Of a DNA stretch of 64,000 bases, positions 46,730 to 56,566 are shown piece after piece. The notes beneath the pieces are model-generated. The model saw only the letters and a list, made by a program, of their open reading frames with translations, searched no databases and had not been told where the DNA came from. The stretch spans positions 1 through 64,000 of IMG/VR virus record IMGVR_UViG_3300023174_005299; one strand, written 5' to 3'. Position numbers and translations under genes: made by a program. Source of the DNA: a virus. The stretch's first letter is position 1. Each line of letters begins with the position of its first letter.

Positions 46730-47331
46730 TTTTTATTGAATAACAAACTGGAAGCAATGCCCATTGCGGTCTGCATCTCTTCTACGTTGTCTGGCGGTTC
46801 TTTCCAGCCCACACTAATCTGTCCTATAAACACACCAGGTTCAGCAGGTACACTGATACGGCACATGTAGTTCACACCATAGTCTCGGTACACAAATCCA
46901 ATGAGACTCTGAGGTTTCAAGTATGGACTGCAGGGAATCTTGCCTGACATTAGGCCAATCACATCATTGTTGTTATTGTAATCTTTGGAAAATAGTCCAA
47001 CTTGCAGACCATCGTGATTCTTATCTCTCCCAGCGCCGCGTGTGATCAAATAAACAACTCGACGAGTATTAATTAATGTGTTTACTTCTAGAATGGCAAT
47101 CATTTCTGCGTTGGTATTCTTCAACAGAAAGTTTGCGGCTTCTTCGTACTTGCCATTCATCTTGGGCAAGGCTTGTTGGGCACGATAAGTTGCCAGGAAG
47201 GCGTCTTTTTCAGTGTAAACAATCCAGCCGCCAAACCCTAGTATGCAAAGTAACACAACCGCAAACAAGCGGAATGGACTTGACCCAATCCATTCCAATA
47301 GTGTTAATAACGTGGCTTTAAGTTGTTCCAC
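46726..47331 (-). CDS. single-TM protein with periplasmic domain, possible T4 holin T-like
   Basis: N-terminal TM, two Cys, GQISVGW near the C-terminus. Confidence 0.45.
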   Translation of the reverse strand: MEQLKATLLTLLEWIGSSPFRLFAVVLLCILGFGGWIVYTEKDAFLATYRAQQALPKMNGKYEEAANFLLKNTNAEMIAILEVNTLINTRRVVYLITRGAGRDKNHDGLQVGLFSKDYNNNNDVIGLMSGKIPCSPYLKPQSLIGFVYRDYGVNYMCRISVPAEPGVFIGQISVGWKEPPDNVEEMQTAMGIASSLLFNKK

Positions 47332-48595
47332 CAGTAGCTACCTCTTTGTCACACACAAATGCTGTGACCGCTACGTTACCGTGTACATGACTTGCTGTGC
47401 GAATCATATCCATTAATGGATCAACTGCAATTAACAATACTAACACAGCTTCACTTGGCAGTTTCAACAAGTCACAAACAACTGCTACAGTAGCAACTGT
47501 TAAGATACCTGTTGTGCCTGCACTTGCCAAGCCTGCTAATATACTGCCAAACAATACAACTAACAATCCAGTAACGCCTAATGGAGCATCATAGATGTTG
47601 GCAATAAACACTGTGGCAATAGCATAATATACAATACTACCAATGCGGTTAACTGTGAAACTCAGTGGAACAGTTAGTTCAACTCCGCCCTTGTCAAAGT
47701 GTAATTTGTGTAGGGCTTCTTGTGCATAAGGGATACATGCTAGACTGCTACGTGAACTAACTGCTACAATCAGCGTTTCTTTAGTTTCACGAATCACGGT
47801 CATTAAACTCAATCCGCTACGTGCCCAAATCACAGCAGTACCTGCGGCTACAACTAATAATCCACCAATAAACTGCTGGAACACAAAGTCAAACATGGTC
47901 ATAAAAATGCCAACACCAACTTTGCCCACTTGACTACTGATCATGGCCAACAATGCTATCGGCAAGAAGTAGTTTAGGAATTTAAAAATACTAATACTTG
48001 CTTGCTGTATGCTTTTTAGAACTTCAACCAACATACGTTGACCTTCTGTTTTCAAGTGCCCAAGTGCAACACCAAATATCAAACAGAATATAACAATCTT
48101 CAAACTCTCACCATTGTTTAAGGTATTGAAGATGTTTTCTGGAATAAACTTCTCTGCCATTTTACCAGCATTAACCGGGGCGGCAGTTGGCATTGGTTCG
48201 TGTAGTGTGATGTTCAAGTCAGTGCCACTGTCCTTGTCATTGACCAGGACGCCAAGCTGTGTTTTCTTCTCAGGTGTCATTTCTGTACCTGTTACAAGCA
48301 CAGTGCCCACACCAATCACAGAGGCCAGGAACATGCTGCTCACAAATCCAATGATAATTTTGCGAATCAATGTTTGACTACCTTCTTTTTGTAGCAAGCC
48401 AATGATGCCCACCAGGATAGTAGCCAACAAGAATGGCAACACAACTACCTTGAGCAAGCTGATGTAGATACTACCAATGCTGTCAAGACCTATACTAAAG
48501 TCTGGCGCATACACACCGGCTAGAATACCCACAATGATTGAACCAAGTATGGTCCACGGGCTTGTTAAAAATGTTTTTAAATGTGTGGTTGTCAT
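47318..48595 (-). CDS. dicarboxylate/amino acid:cation symporter (DAACS, GltP-like)
   Basis: Multi-TM; FIPENIF, SSRSSLACIP, LASAGTTGI, AVDPLMDMIRTASHVHGN. Confidence 0.9.
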   Translation of the reverse strand: MTTTHLKTFLTSPWTILGSIIVGILAGVYAPDFSIGLDSIGSIYISLLKVVVLPFLLATILVGIIGLLQKEGSQTLIRKIIIGFVSSMFLASVIGVGTVLVTGTEMTPEKKTQLGVLVNDKDSGTDLNITLHEPMPTAAPVNAGKMAEKFIPENIFNTLNNGESLKIVIFCLIFGVALGHLKTEGQRMLVEVLKSIQQASISIFKFLNYFLPIALLAMISSQVGKVGVGIFMTMFDFVFQQFIGGLLVVAAGTAVIWARSGLSLMTVIRETKETLIVAVSSRSSLACIPYAQEALHKLHFDKGGVELTVPLSFTVNRIGSIVYYAIATVFIANIYDAPLGVTGLLVVLFGSILAGLASAGTTGILTVATVAVVCDLLKLPSEAVLVLLIAVDPLMDMIRTASHVHGNVAVTAFVCDKEVATGGTT

Positions 48596-48604
48596 GCTAG
48601 GTCC

Positions 48605-49423
48605 TTATTTCTTTTCAGCTTTGTATCTGTCCATTAACTTTCGAGTGTCAATGTTGTTGTATTCATTTTTAATAACGTAATTAACAATGCTGAGTAATTG
48701 CGTTGCTTTTGGATTTACAGCAATAGCAATGTTATCTACGCTGTCACTGATTGTAATACTCTTAGTAGTAATTGCCGCATCTGGCTTTTCAAAAGCAATT
48801 TTCTTAATTTCAAATTCATCACGGTAAGCGGCAGCAATGTCGCCACGTGTGACTTTGTCAATGATCACATCCCATTTTTCTTCAGGTTGGAATATGGCGT
48901 TAGGGAAGTTGACACGAGCAAATGTATCATAACTTGAGTTCTTGATAAAACTAATCTTGCCATTGAAATTTCTAATGACTTGATAGACTTCACGACCCTG
49001 GCTGTTTTGACTTAGCCATAGTCTATTGATAACTAAACTCTGTCTTAGTTTAATATAAGGTTCGCTGAACCTAACAACTTGTAAACGTGGACCAGTTACG
49101 GATAGTTTACTAACTGCTATGTCTGCTCGTCCGTCTCTAACTTGTTCTACAACTTCGGCAAAACTTTCGGCATCGCGCCTGAATTGCACCGGAACTCCGA
49201 GCATGACTCCAATACGTCGAGCAATCTCAACGTCAAGACCATGTATTGTATCCTCATCTCCACTGAAGAAGGGAGGATTATCTTTTTTGGTCATTGCTAC
49301 AACAAGCACGTTGGCTTTCTTGATTGCGGCAATGTCGGTGGGTAGTGGTACTGTTGATGTTGGCATTTGTGCCGAAGCAACAGACGCCAGCAATAGCAAT
49401 ACAGAGGTGAATAGTTTTTTCAT
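48605..49423 (-). CDS. amino-acid substrate-binding protein (family 3)
   Basis: Signal peptide, PPF, GLDVEIARRI, DGRADIA, RFSEPY. Confidence 0.9.
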   Translation of the reverse strand: MKKLFTSVLLLLASVASAQMPTSTVPLPTDIAAIKKANVLVVAMTKKDNPPFFSGDEDTIHGLDVEIARRIGVMLGVPVQFRRDAESFAEVVEQVRDGRADIAVSKLSVTGPRLQVVRFSEPYIKLRQSLVINRLWLSQNSQGREVYQVIRNFNGKISFIKNSSYDTFARVNFPNAIFQPEEKWDVIIDKVTRGDIAAAYRDEFEIKKIAFEKPDAAITTKSITISDSVDNIAIAVNPKATQLLSIVNYVIKNEYNNIDTRKLMDRYKAEKK

Positions 49424-49461
49424 TGAATGTAATCCATAATATGGGTAGTAAATACCCATTC

Positions 49462-49469
49462 TATTTATA
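49462..49469 (-). promoter_or_regulatory. T4-type late promoter TATAAATA upstream of the binding protein/transporter/racemase block
   Basis: Exact TATAAATA followed by an ATGGGTA/TACCCAT inverted repeat (49441-49459). Confidence 0.45.
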
Positions 49470-49549
49470 AAAAATTTCTATGTATCTGTTTGATTTAATA
49501 GAGTTATTTCCCAAACAACCAGTTAATAAATAAATCAAAGGAGCACATT

Positions 49550-50098
49550 ATGGCAGAACAAAAAACAGAACAAAAACCCTTGTCACGCAGTGAGCGTGAG
49601 GCACAGATCAAAGACAAAGCAGGCTGGGTAATCACAGTGATTGCTTGTTTGTTAGCAGCCACAACCTATATCAGCAACAATTTCAGTAGCAAGGCAATGA
49701 CCAACTTGATCAAGGCCAATGACACTTACAGCTTCTATCAAGCCAAAAGTATCAAACAAAGCATTGCCGAAGGACAGTTGGAAGATGCCAAGGATCCCAA
49801 GCGCCGAGCAGAATTAGAAGCAAAAATTGCCAGATACGAAAGCGATCCAGTTAAAGGTGAAGGCAAGCGTGAATTACTGGCCCGAGCCCGGGAACTAGAA
49901 GCCGAACGTGATGAAGCCAAGCTTCACTCTCCGTGGCTTACCTTTGCTGGTATGGCCCTGCAGTTTGCCATTGTACTATTAAGTGCTAGTATATTGGCAG
50001 TGAGCACAAAGATGTTCAAATGGAGCATTGCTGTGAGTGCGTTTGGTGCTGTGCTATTAAGCCAGGGTATCTGGCTGTGGTTACCGCTGTCTCTGTAA
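49550..50098 (+). CDS. DUF4337-like membrane protein
   Basis: TM segment, YQAKSIKQ, two C-terminal TMs (LQFAIVLLSAS); AGGAG RBS. Confidence 0.7.
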   Translation: MAEQKTEQKPLSRSEREAQIKDKAGWVITVIACLLAATTYISNNFSSKAMTNLIKANDTYSFYQAKSIKQSIAEGQLEDAKDPKRRAELEAKIARYESDPVKGEGKRELLARARELEAERDEAKLHSPWLTFAGMALQFAIVLLSASILAVSTKMFKWSIAVSAFGAVLLSQGIWLWLPLSL

Positions 50099-50389
50099 TT
50101 ACTCTACTGATTTTTCAAAAATAATTTTTTGAACTTGATACCACTCCTGCCAAGCGTCGGCTTTGATGGCGCACTCGTAGTACGTGGTATAGTTTATTGT
50201 AATCACATGACTTACATCACTGAGTTTGACACTGTCCGGCAGTTTTTCTAAATTTGGACAGCGTGTCATGGCTGCCTTGCCTGGCGGCTCAGGGAACTTC
50301 ATTGCCACTGGCACAGCAGTGGCACAGCCGCTGATAATCACTGCTATAGTGAGCAAAAGAACAAAAGTTATGATTGTGGGGATTCTCAT
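50099..50389 (-). CDS. putative o-spanin lipoprotein
   Basis: Lipobox ISGC, Pro-rich, C...YYEC; directly downstream of the i-spanin candidate. Confidence 0.75.
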   Translation of the reverse strand: MRIPTIITFVLLLTIAVIISGCATAVPVAMKFPEPPGKAAMTRCPNLEKLPDSVKLSDVSHVITINYTTYYECAIKADAWQEWYQVQKIIFEKSVE

Positions 50390-50862
50390 TTTGGGGGAGC
50401 CTCTGCCGCACGATTGTGTGCAATTATAAATTCCTGGGGGATTTCACAAACGCCACCAGGTGCAAACTTGACATCATATTTGACCACTTCACGGTCAACA
50501 TATTTGATAATGTCATCACCACGTGTGCGTACAAGTTCTATTCGCTTGACAACTTTTTCAACAATTTTGACATTTTCTTCTTTGCTTCGTTGTTCAGCCG
50601 CAATAACTCGGGCCTCGGCTTCGGCTACACGTTCGCGCCACTGCATTTCTGTGCTGTAGCCGCCTTTAAGGTAGACTCCCAGCAAAAATACTGCCACGCT
50701 GGCTGCCTGTAACAATCGATAGTAACCGGCTAGAGCCGGGAACCACATCAGCAATCTATTAATGACAAATAGTGTGACGATGGTACTTATTAAACCCACA
50801 ACCAAGATGCTGTTGATCACAAATTCTAAGAAACCTGCTGGCAAGAAATGTAAGATCCACAC
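50386..50862 (-). CDS. putative i-spanin
   Basis: TM segments then coiled coil and C-terminal Cys; between endolysin and lipoprotein. Confidence 0.7.
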   Translation of the reverse strand: MWILHFLPAGFLEFVINSILVVGLISTIVTLFVINRLLMWFPALAGYYRLLQAASVAVFLLGVYLKGGYSTEMQWRERVAEAEARVIAAEQRSKEENVKIVEKVVKRIELVRTRGDDIIKYVDREVVKYDVKFAPGGVCEIPQEFIIAHNRAAEAPPK

Positions 50863-50866
50863 CAGA

Positions 50867-51499
50867 TTATGCTCCTAGCACATGCAATGCATGGTTGTAG
50901 TGCTTGATGCGGTCTTCTAGGCCAATGGTACCACCATTGATGCGTTTGGTTGCAGTTAGCACATCGCCCTTGTCGGCCCACTGATTCAAATTATTGGTTT
51001 CCCAAAACCAGCAAGCACTTTGCACAGCACCTTCAAACGTGGCCAGGTAGTCAGCACACTCTTCCACTGGTATGCCAAGGCTGCCAGCAAACAGGGTGTA
51101 GTTGTTTTTGCCAGTGAGTTGGATCAAGCCGCGACCGCAGTAGCGATAACCATCACCACTGTCTTCGGGGCCATTGCCCATTCGATTGGCATAGATTCTA
51201 TTGGCAATGGCTTCTTGTTTGTTTGGCAAGGCACAATAGCGTGTGGCTGTGGGCAAGTCAAAGTACTTTTTAAACAACGCTACCAGACTGGCTGGACGAT
51301 AGTTCAAATTTTCTTTGATGGCTCTAAATCCGCCACTTTCGTGCGCACACTGTGCAATAAACATGGCTACTCTAGCCGGTGTGTTTATTTCATATTCAGG
51401 TAATATTTCAGCAATGGCTTCGTACCAGTGATCAATGTAGGGATTGCCTGGCACCATCTCTGCTAATTTTTGTTGTGTAAATTCAAATTCAAAACTCAT
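50867..51499 (-). CDS. glycoside hydrolase family 19 endolysin
   Basis: FIAQCAHESGGF, ENLNY, GRGLIQLTGKNNY, TKRINGG. Confidence 0.93.
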   Translation of the reverse strand: MSFEFEFTQQKLAEMVPGNPYIDHWYEAIAEILPEYEINTPARVAMFIAQCAHESGGFRAIKENLNYRPASLVALFKKYFDLPTATRYCALPNKQEAIANRIYANRMGNGPEDSGDGYRYCGRGLIQLTGKNNYTLFAGSLGIPVEECADYLATFEGAVQSACWFWETNNLNQWADKGDVLTATKRINGGTIGLEDRIKHYNHALHVLGA

Positions 51500-51620
51500 A
51501 GTAGGCCCTTTTGTTATATTTAGTGATCAGAGAGCCAGGATGTGGTTGACCAGGTCTTGACTTGATCACGGGTAATTGAATTCATTTTAGTGTCCATTTA
51601 CGTCACAATAAATATCTAAT

Positions 51621-52820
51621 ATGAACGTTCTAATACTTACTCCAGATGCAGTGGGAAGTACTCTTTTACAGAGACTGACCACCGTCTACATGCAGTTTCA
51701 TCAATATGACAAGCCTGTAATTAACTTACATGAACTAACCAATGGATTGTCCAAGTACTACAGCAGTGATTTCAATCGAGAAGTCCTGGGGAAAAAAGCT
51801 GACAAATGGGGCTATCATCAGAGTCTTCAGGAAGTTGTTGAATTACTGGAAAGTGTTGATCATTACAAAACATCTAGATTGGCTCAGTATCACATACGAA
51901 GAAGAAACGATTCCATGGCAGATCAGATCCCGTTTTACAATTATCTCAATGAAAACTTTTTTGTAATTGCCTGCCGAAGAAAAAATGTGTTTGAACATGT
52001 GCTGAGCTGGTCTCTCAACAAAATTACAAAAAAATTAAATGTGTACTCAGGTGAAGAAAAATTAGACACGTTTATTGACATGTATGCTCAACCCATAGAA
52101 ATCAATACTGAGGCCTTGGTTAAAAGTATATACGAATACAAGGATTATCTTGATTGGTCCAACAACTATTTCAGCGTGGGATCTTATTTTGAATATGACC
52201 ATGACATGGAAAACATCGAATCCTACATTTTAAATTTGCCGATGTTTGCCGCACAAAAAGAAAAAATTTCCTGGAAGAAAACTTTTGGCATAGAATTTAA
52301 TGACTGGAACCGTTGCCACTATCTAAGCAGTGATGTTGGGTCGTTGGCGCTGGACCACAAAGAAAGATTTAATTTGTTGTTGGCAGCGCCGGAATCAAAG
52401 TCACGTGATTTGCAGGTTGTCAACAGAAATTTTCTGGATCTATTGCCCAATGATCACAAGACATTTTTAAAAGACAATCTCAAATCATTTGTGGATGCCA
52501 AACAGAGTGTGAATCGCATGGTTGAACTTGGTATCATGGTCAGCACTATTCCCATCAAGAAACAAACACTGAGAGAAAAAATGCATATTGTTAAAAATCT
52601 CGACGAGTGCATAGATGCCTACAACATGTTCATTAAGCACAATCCCGGTGTGGGTGATCTCGTCAACAGAGAAGAACTCATGGAAGCTGCCAATGCAGAA
52701 CGAACACGCTGGCTACCAAGAATTAGTCAAGACGCAACAACGGCACAATCTGATTCACAAAACTTTGACTTGTTATTAAGTCAAAATGATGCGCATCACG
52801 GGCATAATCCAATTGCTTGA
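51621..52820 (+). CDS. P-loop / sulfotransferase-like protein
   Basis: ILTPDAVGSTLLQ, NLHE, IACRRKNVFE...S. Confidence 0.55.
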   Translation: MNVLILTPDAVGSTLLQRLTTVYMQFHQYDKPVINLHELTNGLSKYYSSDFNREVLGKKADKWGYHQSLQEVVELLESVDHYKTSRLAQYHIRRRNDSMADQIPFYNYLNENFFVIACRRKNVFEHVLSWSLNKITKKLNVYSGEEKLDTFIDMYAQPIEINTEALVKSIYEYKDYLDWSNNYFSVGSYFEYDHDMENIESYILNLPMFAAQKEKISWKKTFGIEFNDWNRCHYLSSDVGSLALDHKERFNLLLAAPESKSRDLQVVNRNFLDLLPNDHKTFLKDNLKSFVDAKQSVNRMVELGIMVSTIPIKKQTLREKMHIVKNLDECIDAYNMFIKHNPGVGDLVNREELMEAANAERTRWLPRISQDATTAQSDSQNFDLLLSQNDAHHGHNPIA

Positions 52821-53634
52821 TTTCACCAAGATAGTTTTTTGTAGATATTTTTTTTATTTGTTCAAGATAAAATACATCAAATGCAATATCGTCGTAGATT
52901 TTAAAAACAGTTTTAAGTTCATCAATGATGGTACCATCCAAAGATAGTAGTTGATCCATGGTCATGGGGGGATCAGAGGGCCAATTTGCACCTTTAATAT
53001 TATCCCAGGTAGTTTTTAAATGTCTTTCTCTACTACGTTGTTTGGTATAATTCCCAGCTAATCCGGACGCATGTGGGATAATACCGTGAATCACATTAGT
53101 AGAGTTGGCCTGGGCTATTACGTTGGTTGCGCACTCTACAAAGTTTAAAAAATCATCCTGATCTGTGGCATCTTCGGCGTTAAAAAATCTACGTACTTCG
53201 TCGGGATACTCATCTGCCCCTTCGCGGTTCTCTTCGCGGCGATGAAAATAACTCCAAAGAATAACAATATTTTTAGGGGCCACTGTTTGTATTAATTCAA
53301 TGGCTTTCCTTGCCATCCACATGTTGCTGGCACCATCCATACTGACATTGATAGTTCGTCTGTTGATTTTTGATTCTAGCACTTTTGACCAGGCATGGTT
53401 TATAGGAGCACCTAGTCCCACAGTGAAACTGTCTCCAATGCACCAAACCGCATCTTGCAATCCTGAATCAGGCCATTCAGAGTCTCTAAATCCTCGACTA
53501 TTGTAATTATAGCTGACACTGTGCGGATAGTTTTTGAAATGATCTACATCTTTGGTAGCTTCTAAAGAATCAATACCGGTCTGGTCCCACGCTTGATTAG
53601 CCCTGGACCTAAGATAAAATTTTGGTAGTATCAT
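52723..53634 (-). CDS. SGNH-hydrolase-like protein
   Basis: NSRGFR, IGDSFTVG, NVSMDGASN, RDAHH. Confidence 0.65.
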   Translation of the reverse strand: MILPKFYLRSRANQAWDQTGIDSLEATKDVDHFKNYPHSVSYNYNSRGFRDSEWPDSGLQDAVWCIGDSFTVGLGAPINHAWSKVLESKINRRTINVSMDGASNMWMARKAIELIQTVAPKNIVILWSYFHRREENREGADEYPDEVRRFFNAEDATDQDDFLNFVECATNVIAQANSTNVIHGIIPHASGLAGNYTKQRSRERHLKTTWDNIKGANWPSDPPMTMDQLLSLDGTIIDELKTVFKIYDDIAFDVFYLEQIKKISTKNYLGEIKQLDYARDAHHFDLITSQSFVNQIVPLLRLD

Positions 53635-54425
53635 TTAAGTCCAAGTTCTTTTCTTATTTTTGTTGCGCTAATACTGTGAATAGCATCATCAAATGTTTCC
53701 TGTTCAATTTTGTAGCCCACATCTCGACCATAGGTGATGTTGACAATGTTGGGAACAACTTGAATTTCGTATTGTCCTTGATACAGCATGTCTAGGTCAC
53801 GTTGAATAAATGATTTTACTTTGTCAATTTCAAATGGGTTGCTGCCTTGCCAACCCTGACAGTCGCGAATTTGAATAACAACTTGACCAGTTTTGGCAAT
53901 GGCACGTTCAAACAAGGCACGGTGTCCAGCATGCCATGGCTGCCAACGACCCAACATCTGCACAGTTTCTTTTTGCCAATCAAATACGGGTCTGCGTCTG
54001 TTGTCTAAAATATGTGCGGCAACAAACTCGCCCCACTTTTCTGCTTGTTGTTCTGTGATGCGGAAATCGTAGACCTCGGGTGCAATAAATGCTTTGTTTG
54101 TATCGTCGTAGCGACCTTTGTCAATGGTATCAACCCACACAGTCCAATCTGCTTTGAAATTGTTGCGCATCTCAACCAAGGGTGCAACAAAGTCACAGAT
54201 GACATAATCACAATCTGTCATAGCATCTGCTAGTTCACGCATACGCAGGCTTTGGCGGATCCGACCAGCTTCGCTAAAGTCCCAGTCATTGTACTTCTTA
54301 CGCACATCGTCGGCATTGAGCCAACCCACACGTTTTTTGTCAGCTTGTAGGTGATCTACAATGTGCTGTGCTAGATAGGTTTTGCCTGCTCCGGGCAGGC
54401 CCATGATTAAAATTCGTTGTGTCAT
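53631..54425 (-). CDS. adenylylsulfate-kinase-like domain fused to a HIGH-family nucleotidyltransferase
   Basis: GLPGAGKT, LNADDVR, DFS..GR.RQ, DFVAP; then GRWQPWHAGH and SISATKIR. Confidence 0.8.
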   Translation of the reverse strand: MTQRILIMGLPGAGKTYLAQHIVDHLQADKKRVGWLNADDVRKKYNDWDFSEAGRIRQSLRMRELADAMTDCDYVICDFVAPLVEMRNNFKADWTVWVDTIDKGRYDDTNKAFIAPEVYDFRITEQQAEKWGEFVAAHILDNRRRPVFDWQKETVQMLGRWQPWHAGHRALFERAIAKTGQVVIQIRDCQGWQGSNPFEIDKVKSFIQRDLDMLYQGQYEIQVVPNIVNITYGRDVGYKIEQETFDDAIHSISATKIRKELGLK

Positions 54426-55051
54426 TTCCATCTCCTTGAAGTGTGTCGTGCTAGATCATCTGTGGGATGATGATCTACGGGTTTGAAATATTTACTGTTA
54501 GTATCATCTGTCAAAATATTTGCCAGCTGGGTGCTGGAGTAATCCACAGGGAATTCTAACTGTTGTGCTATTTGTTGTAGATAAAGATTGCCATAAAGAT
54601 GCAGTAATTCATAACTTAAAAACACTGGTGCCCAAGTACGTAACCGCTTGTATTCTTTTAATGCAATATCATATGTGGGCTCACCACGCACACGACGTTC
54701 TTGATAGGTTAATATGTTACGGTCACGACCTATAATGGCAATCTTTACCTGTATGCCCAGCCCCATGGCAGTGGCAGCAAAACGCACAATGTTGGGCACA
54801 GTGCGCTCACCGTTGAGCATGTAGGGAGTGCTGATACTGGTAACATAGTGATCACACTGACTCCAGTCAAACTCTTGTAAAAGATCAGGATTTTCCCAAC
54901 AGGCTGCAAAAGGTTCTTGATCATGCCCTATCCAGTATTCGTGTAACAGCGCATGCCAGGCATATACATCGGGATGTAAGGCAAAGATCTTGCTCCATAA
55001 ATGATTACCTGACCCTTGAGGCCCAGTTAATATTAAAAGAGTTTTTGTCAT
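54422..55051 (-). CDS. P-loop / sulfotransferase-like protein
   Basis: ILTGPQGSGNHL, IIGRD, LSYELL. Confidence 0.6.
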   Translation of the reverse strand: MTKTLLILTGPQGSGNHLWSKIFALHPDVYAWHALLHEYWIGHDQEPFAACWENPDLLQEFDWSQCDHYVTSISTPYMLNGERTVPNIVRFAATAMGLGIQVKIAIIGRDRNILTYQERRVRGEPTYDIALKEYKRLRTWAPVFLSYELLHLYGNLYLQQIAQQLEFPVDYSSTQLANILTDDTNSKYFKPVDHHPTDDLARHTSRRWK

Positions 55052-55053
55052 GG

Positions 55054-55278
55054 TTAATCTTTATCTGTGACAATGACAGCAACTTGCTCAACCCAGACCA
55101 TTCTGCCCCGACAAGCAATGTTCCACTTTGTTTCGCCATGCTCGTGTGTGCACTCTGTGTAAGTTTCTCCAATGATGCGAACATCTGTTGCCAAATGTTC
55201 TACACCATTTTCAAAAATGCGCCATACCAGCGGGCTACCGTTGTGCTTAGTATTAAATCTAACGTGGTACTTGTTCAT
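55054..55278 (-). CDS. hypothetical protein
   Basis: 74-aa ORF coupled to the upstream gene. Confidence 0.6.
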   Translation of the reverse strand: MNKYHVRFNTKHNGSPLVWRIFENGVEHLATDVRIIGETYTECTHEHGETKWNIACRGRMVWVEQVAVIVTDKD

Positions 55279-55940
55279 CTGGGCATGTTGGCCAAATAGT
55301 TTTGTGTGCGATCAGTTATGACGCCTGTGAGCTGTAGCGTCACTCGTGGATGGTGGCCTGCATTGGCTGTGCTGTGTGGCATGTTGGCCCAGTCAAATGT
55401 TGAAACATCTCCGGCACGCCATTGATTCCAGTGGTGGTTGCCGTATTCCCAGAACTGTCCAGGTTGCCAATCAGTTAGTTGTACAAAGATACGCATTACA
55501 CGACTGGGATCTTCGGGATTCCATTTCTGTAGTTTGTCCATGTGTAGATTCCACACTTCACCCGGGCGTTGTACATGAATGCGTTCCATGCAGTCTGCCA
55601 GTCCAAATTGTGCACTGACTCGTTTTAATGATTCGGGCATGTTCCAATTTAAATGAGTGATTGTCATTTTGGGGTCAGCACCCACACGCTCTAGATCATA
55701 TTCTTCTGCCACTAAATCTTCACGTGGAGGCAGCACACCCTCACCTTTGTAACCACGTGTTTCCCAGGTTGCTGGCTTGGAATTGGCAACAATGTCTGCT
55801 ATGTCTGCCGACCAAGTGGGTTCAATGTGTCCTAGATGTGCAATCACATCTTCAAAACGATCTTTTTTCTTGGGATCAAAATGGTATGTGCTGGTGCTTT
55901 TAGTAAAATCCCAACTGCTTTTAAATTCGTCTGTTATCAT
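55275..55940 (-). CDS. 2OG-Fe(II)/cupin oxygenase-like protein
   Basis: PGEVWNLHMD (HxD), WRAGD, PHSTANAG...R (Asp/Asn beta-hydroxylase-like). Confidence 0.7.
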   Translation of the reverse strand: MITDEFKSSWDFTKSTSTYHFDPKKKDRFEDVIAHLGHIEPTWSADIADIVANSKPATWETRGYKGEGVLPPREDLVAEEYDLERVGADPKMTITHLNWNMPESLKRVSAQFGLADCMERIHVQRPGEVWNLHMDKLQKWNPEDPSRVMRIFVQLTDWQPGQFWEYGNHHWNQWRAGDVSTFDWANMPHSTANAGHHPRVTLQLTGVITDRTQNYLANMPR

Positions 55941-56566
55941 ATTACTTTTACCCTTATGTCGTTTACTGCGTATTCTTGTGTGTACTCTGGGGGAGGTGCA
56001 TCTATGCCCAAGGCCGCAGCCAGTCGTAGATTGTTGTCCATTACAGGCTGATCATTGTACTTCCACCATGCGGCCAATATGTCTCGATTCTGGCTGCGAA
56101 TGATCTGTGCCATGTTCTTTAAGTCTCGAAAGTACTCATGATAGTCAGGATACGTTATATCAAAATGCCCACATTTTACCCACCAGCCCAGGCATGCGTC
56201 ATCATTTCGATGCACAATTACAATGGGTGTTTCAGGGAATAGTTCGCGCAAATAGTCAATGTGATTTGAGAACACATGACTTTTGATAATACGCACACCC
56301 TTGGATTCTTTAAATTGAAATGGCTCAGCAAATATTTCTTCTAGTTGCTGCCGATTCAATGTGGTCAAATCTTCAGGCAAGGGTGATGCCATGCCCGGGT
56401 CAAAGTAAGCACCCAGGTGCATGAGTTCCATTTTTCCCGATGCGTCATGATAATAGGTCCATTCATCTCTATAGTCTGACCGATCAATGTCGGGACTATA
56501 GTAGATGTTTTTGACTACACTGCTCCATTTACTGCCTGGAGCACCGGCTACAAAGATATATTTCAT
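55937..56566 (-). CDS. P-loop / sulfotransferase-like protein
   Basis: FVAGAPGSKWS, IIKSH, LFPETPIVIVHR. Confidence 0.6.
   Translation of the reverse strand: MKYIFVAGAPGSKWSSVVKNIYYSPDIDRSDYRDEWTYYHDASGKMELMHLGAYFDPGMASPLPEDLTTLNRQQLEEIFAEPFQFKESKGVRIIKSHVFSNHIDYLRELFPETPIVIVHRNDDACLGWWVKCGHFDITYPDYHEYFRDLKNMAQIIRSQNRDILAAWWKYNDQPVMDNNLRLAAALGIDAPPPEYTQEYAVNDIRVKVI

Noticed and set aside
51523-51569. GTGATCA...TGATCAC inverted repeat in a divergent intergenic region; possible tRNA or ncRNA
   Set aside because: No cloverleaf or T-loop consensus and only weak internal pairing; no tRNA genes were recognised anywhere in the window
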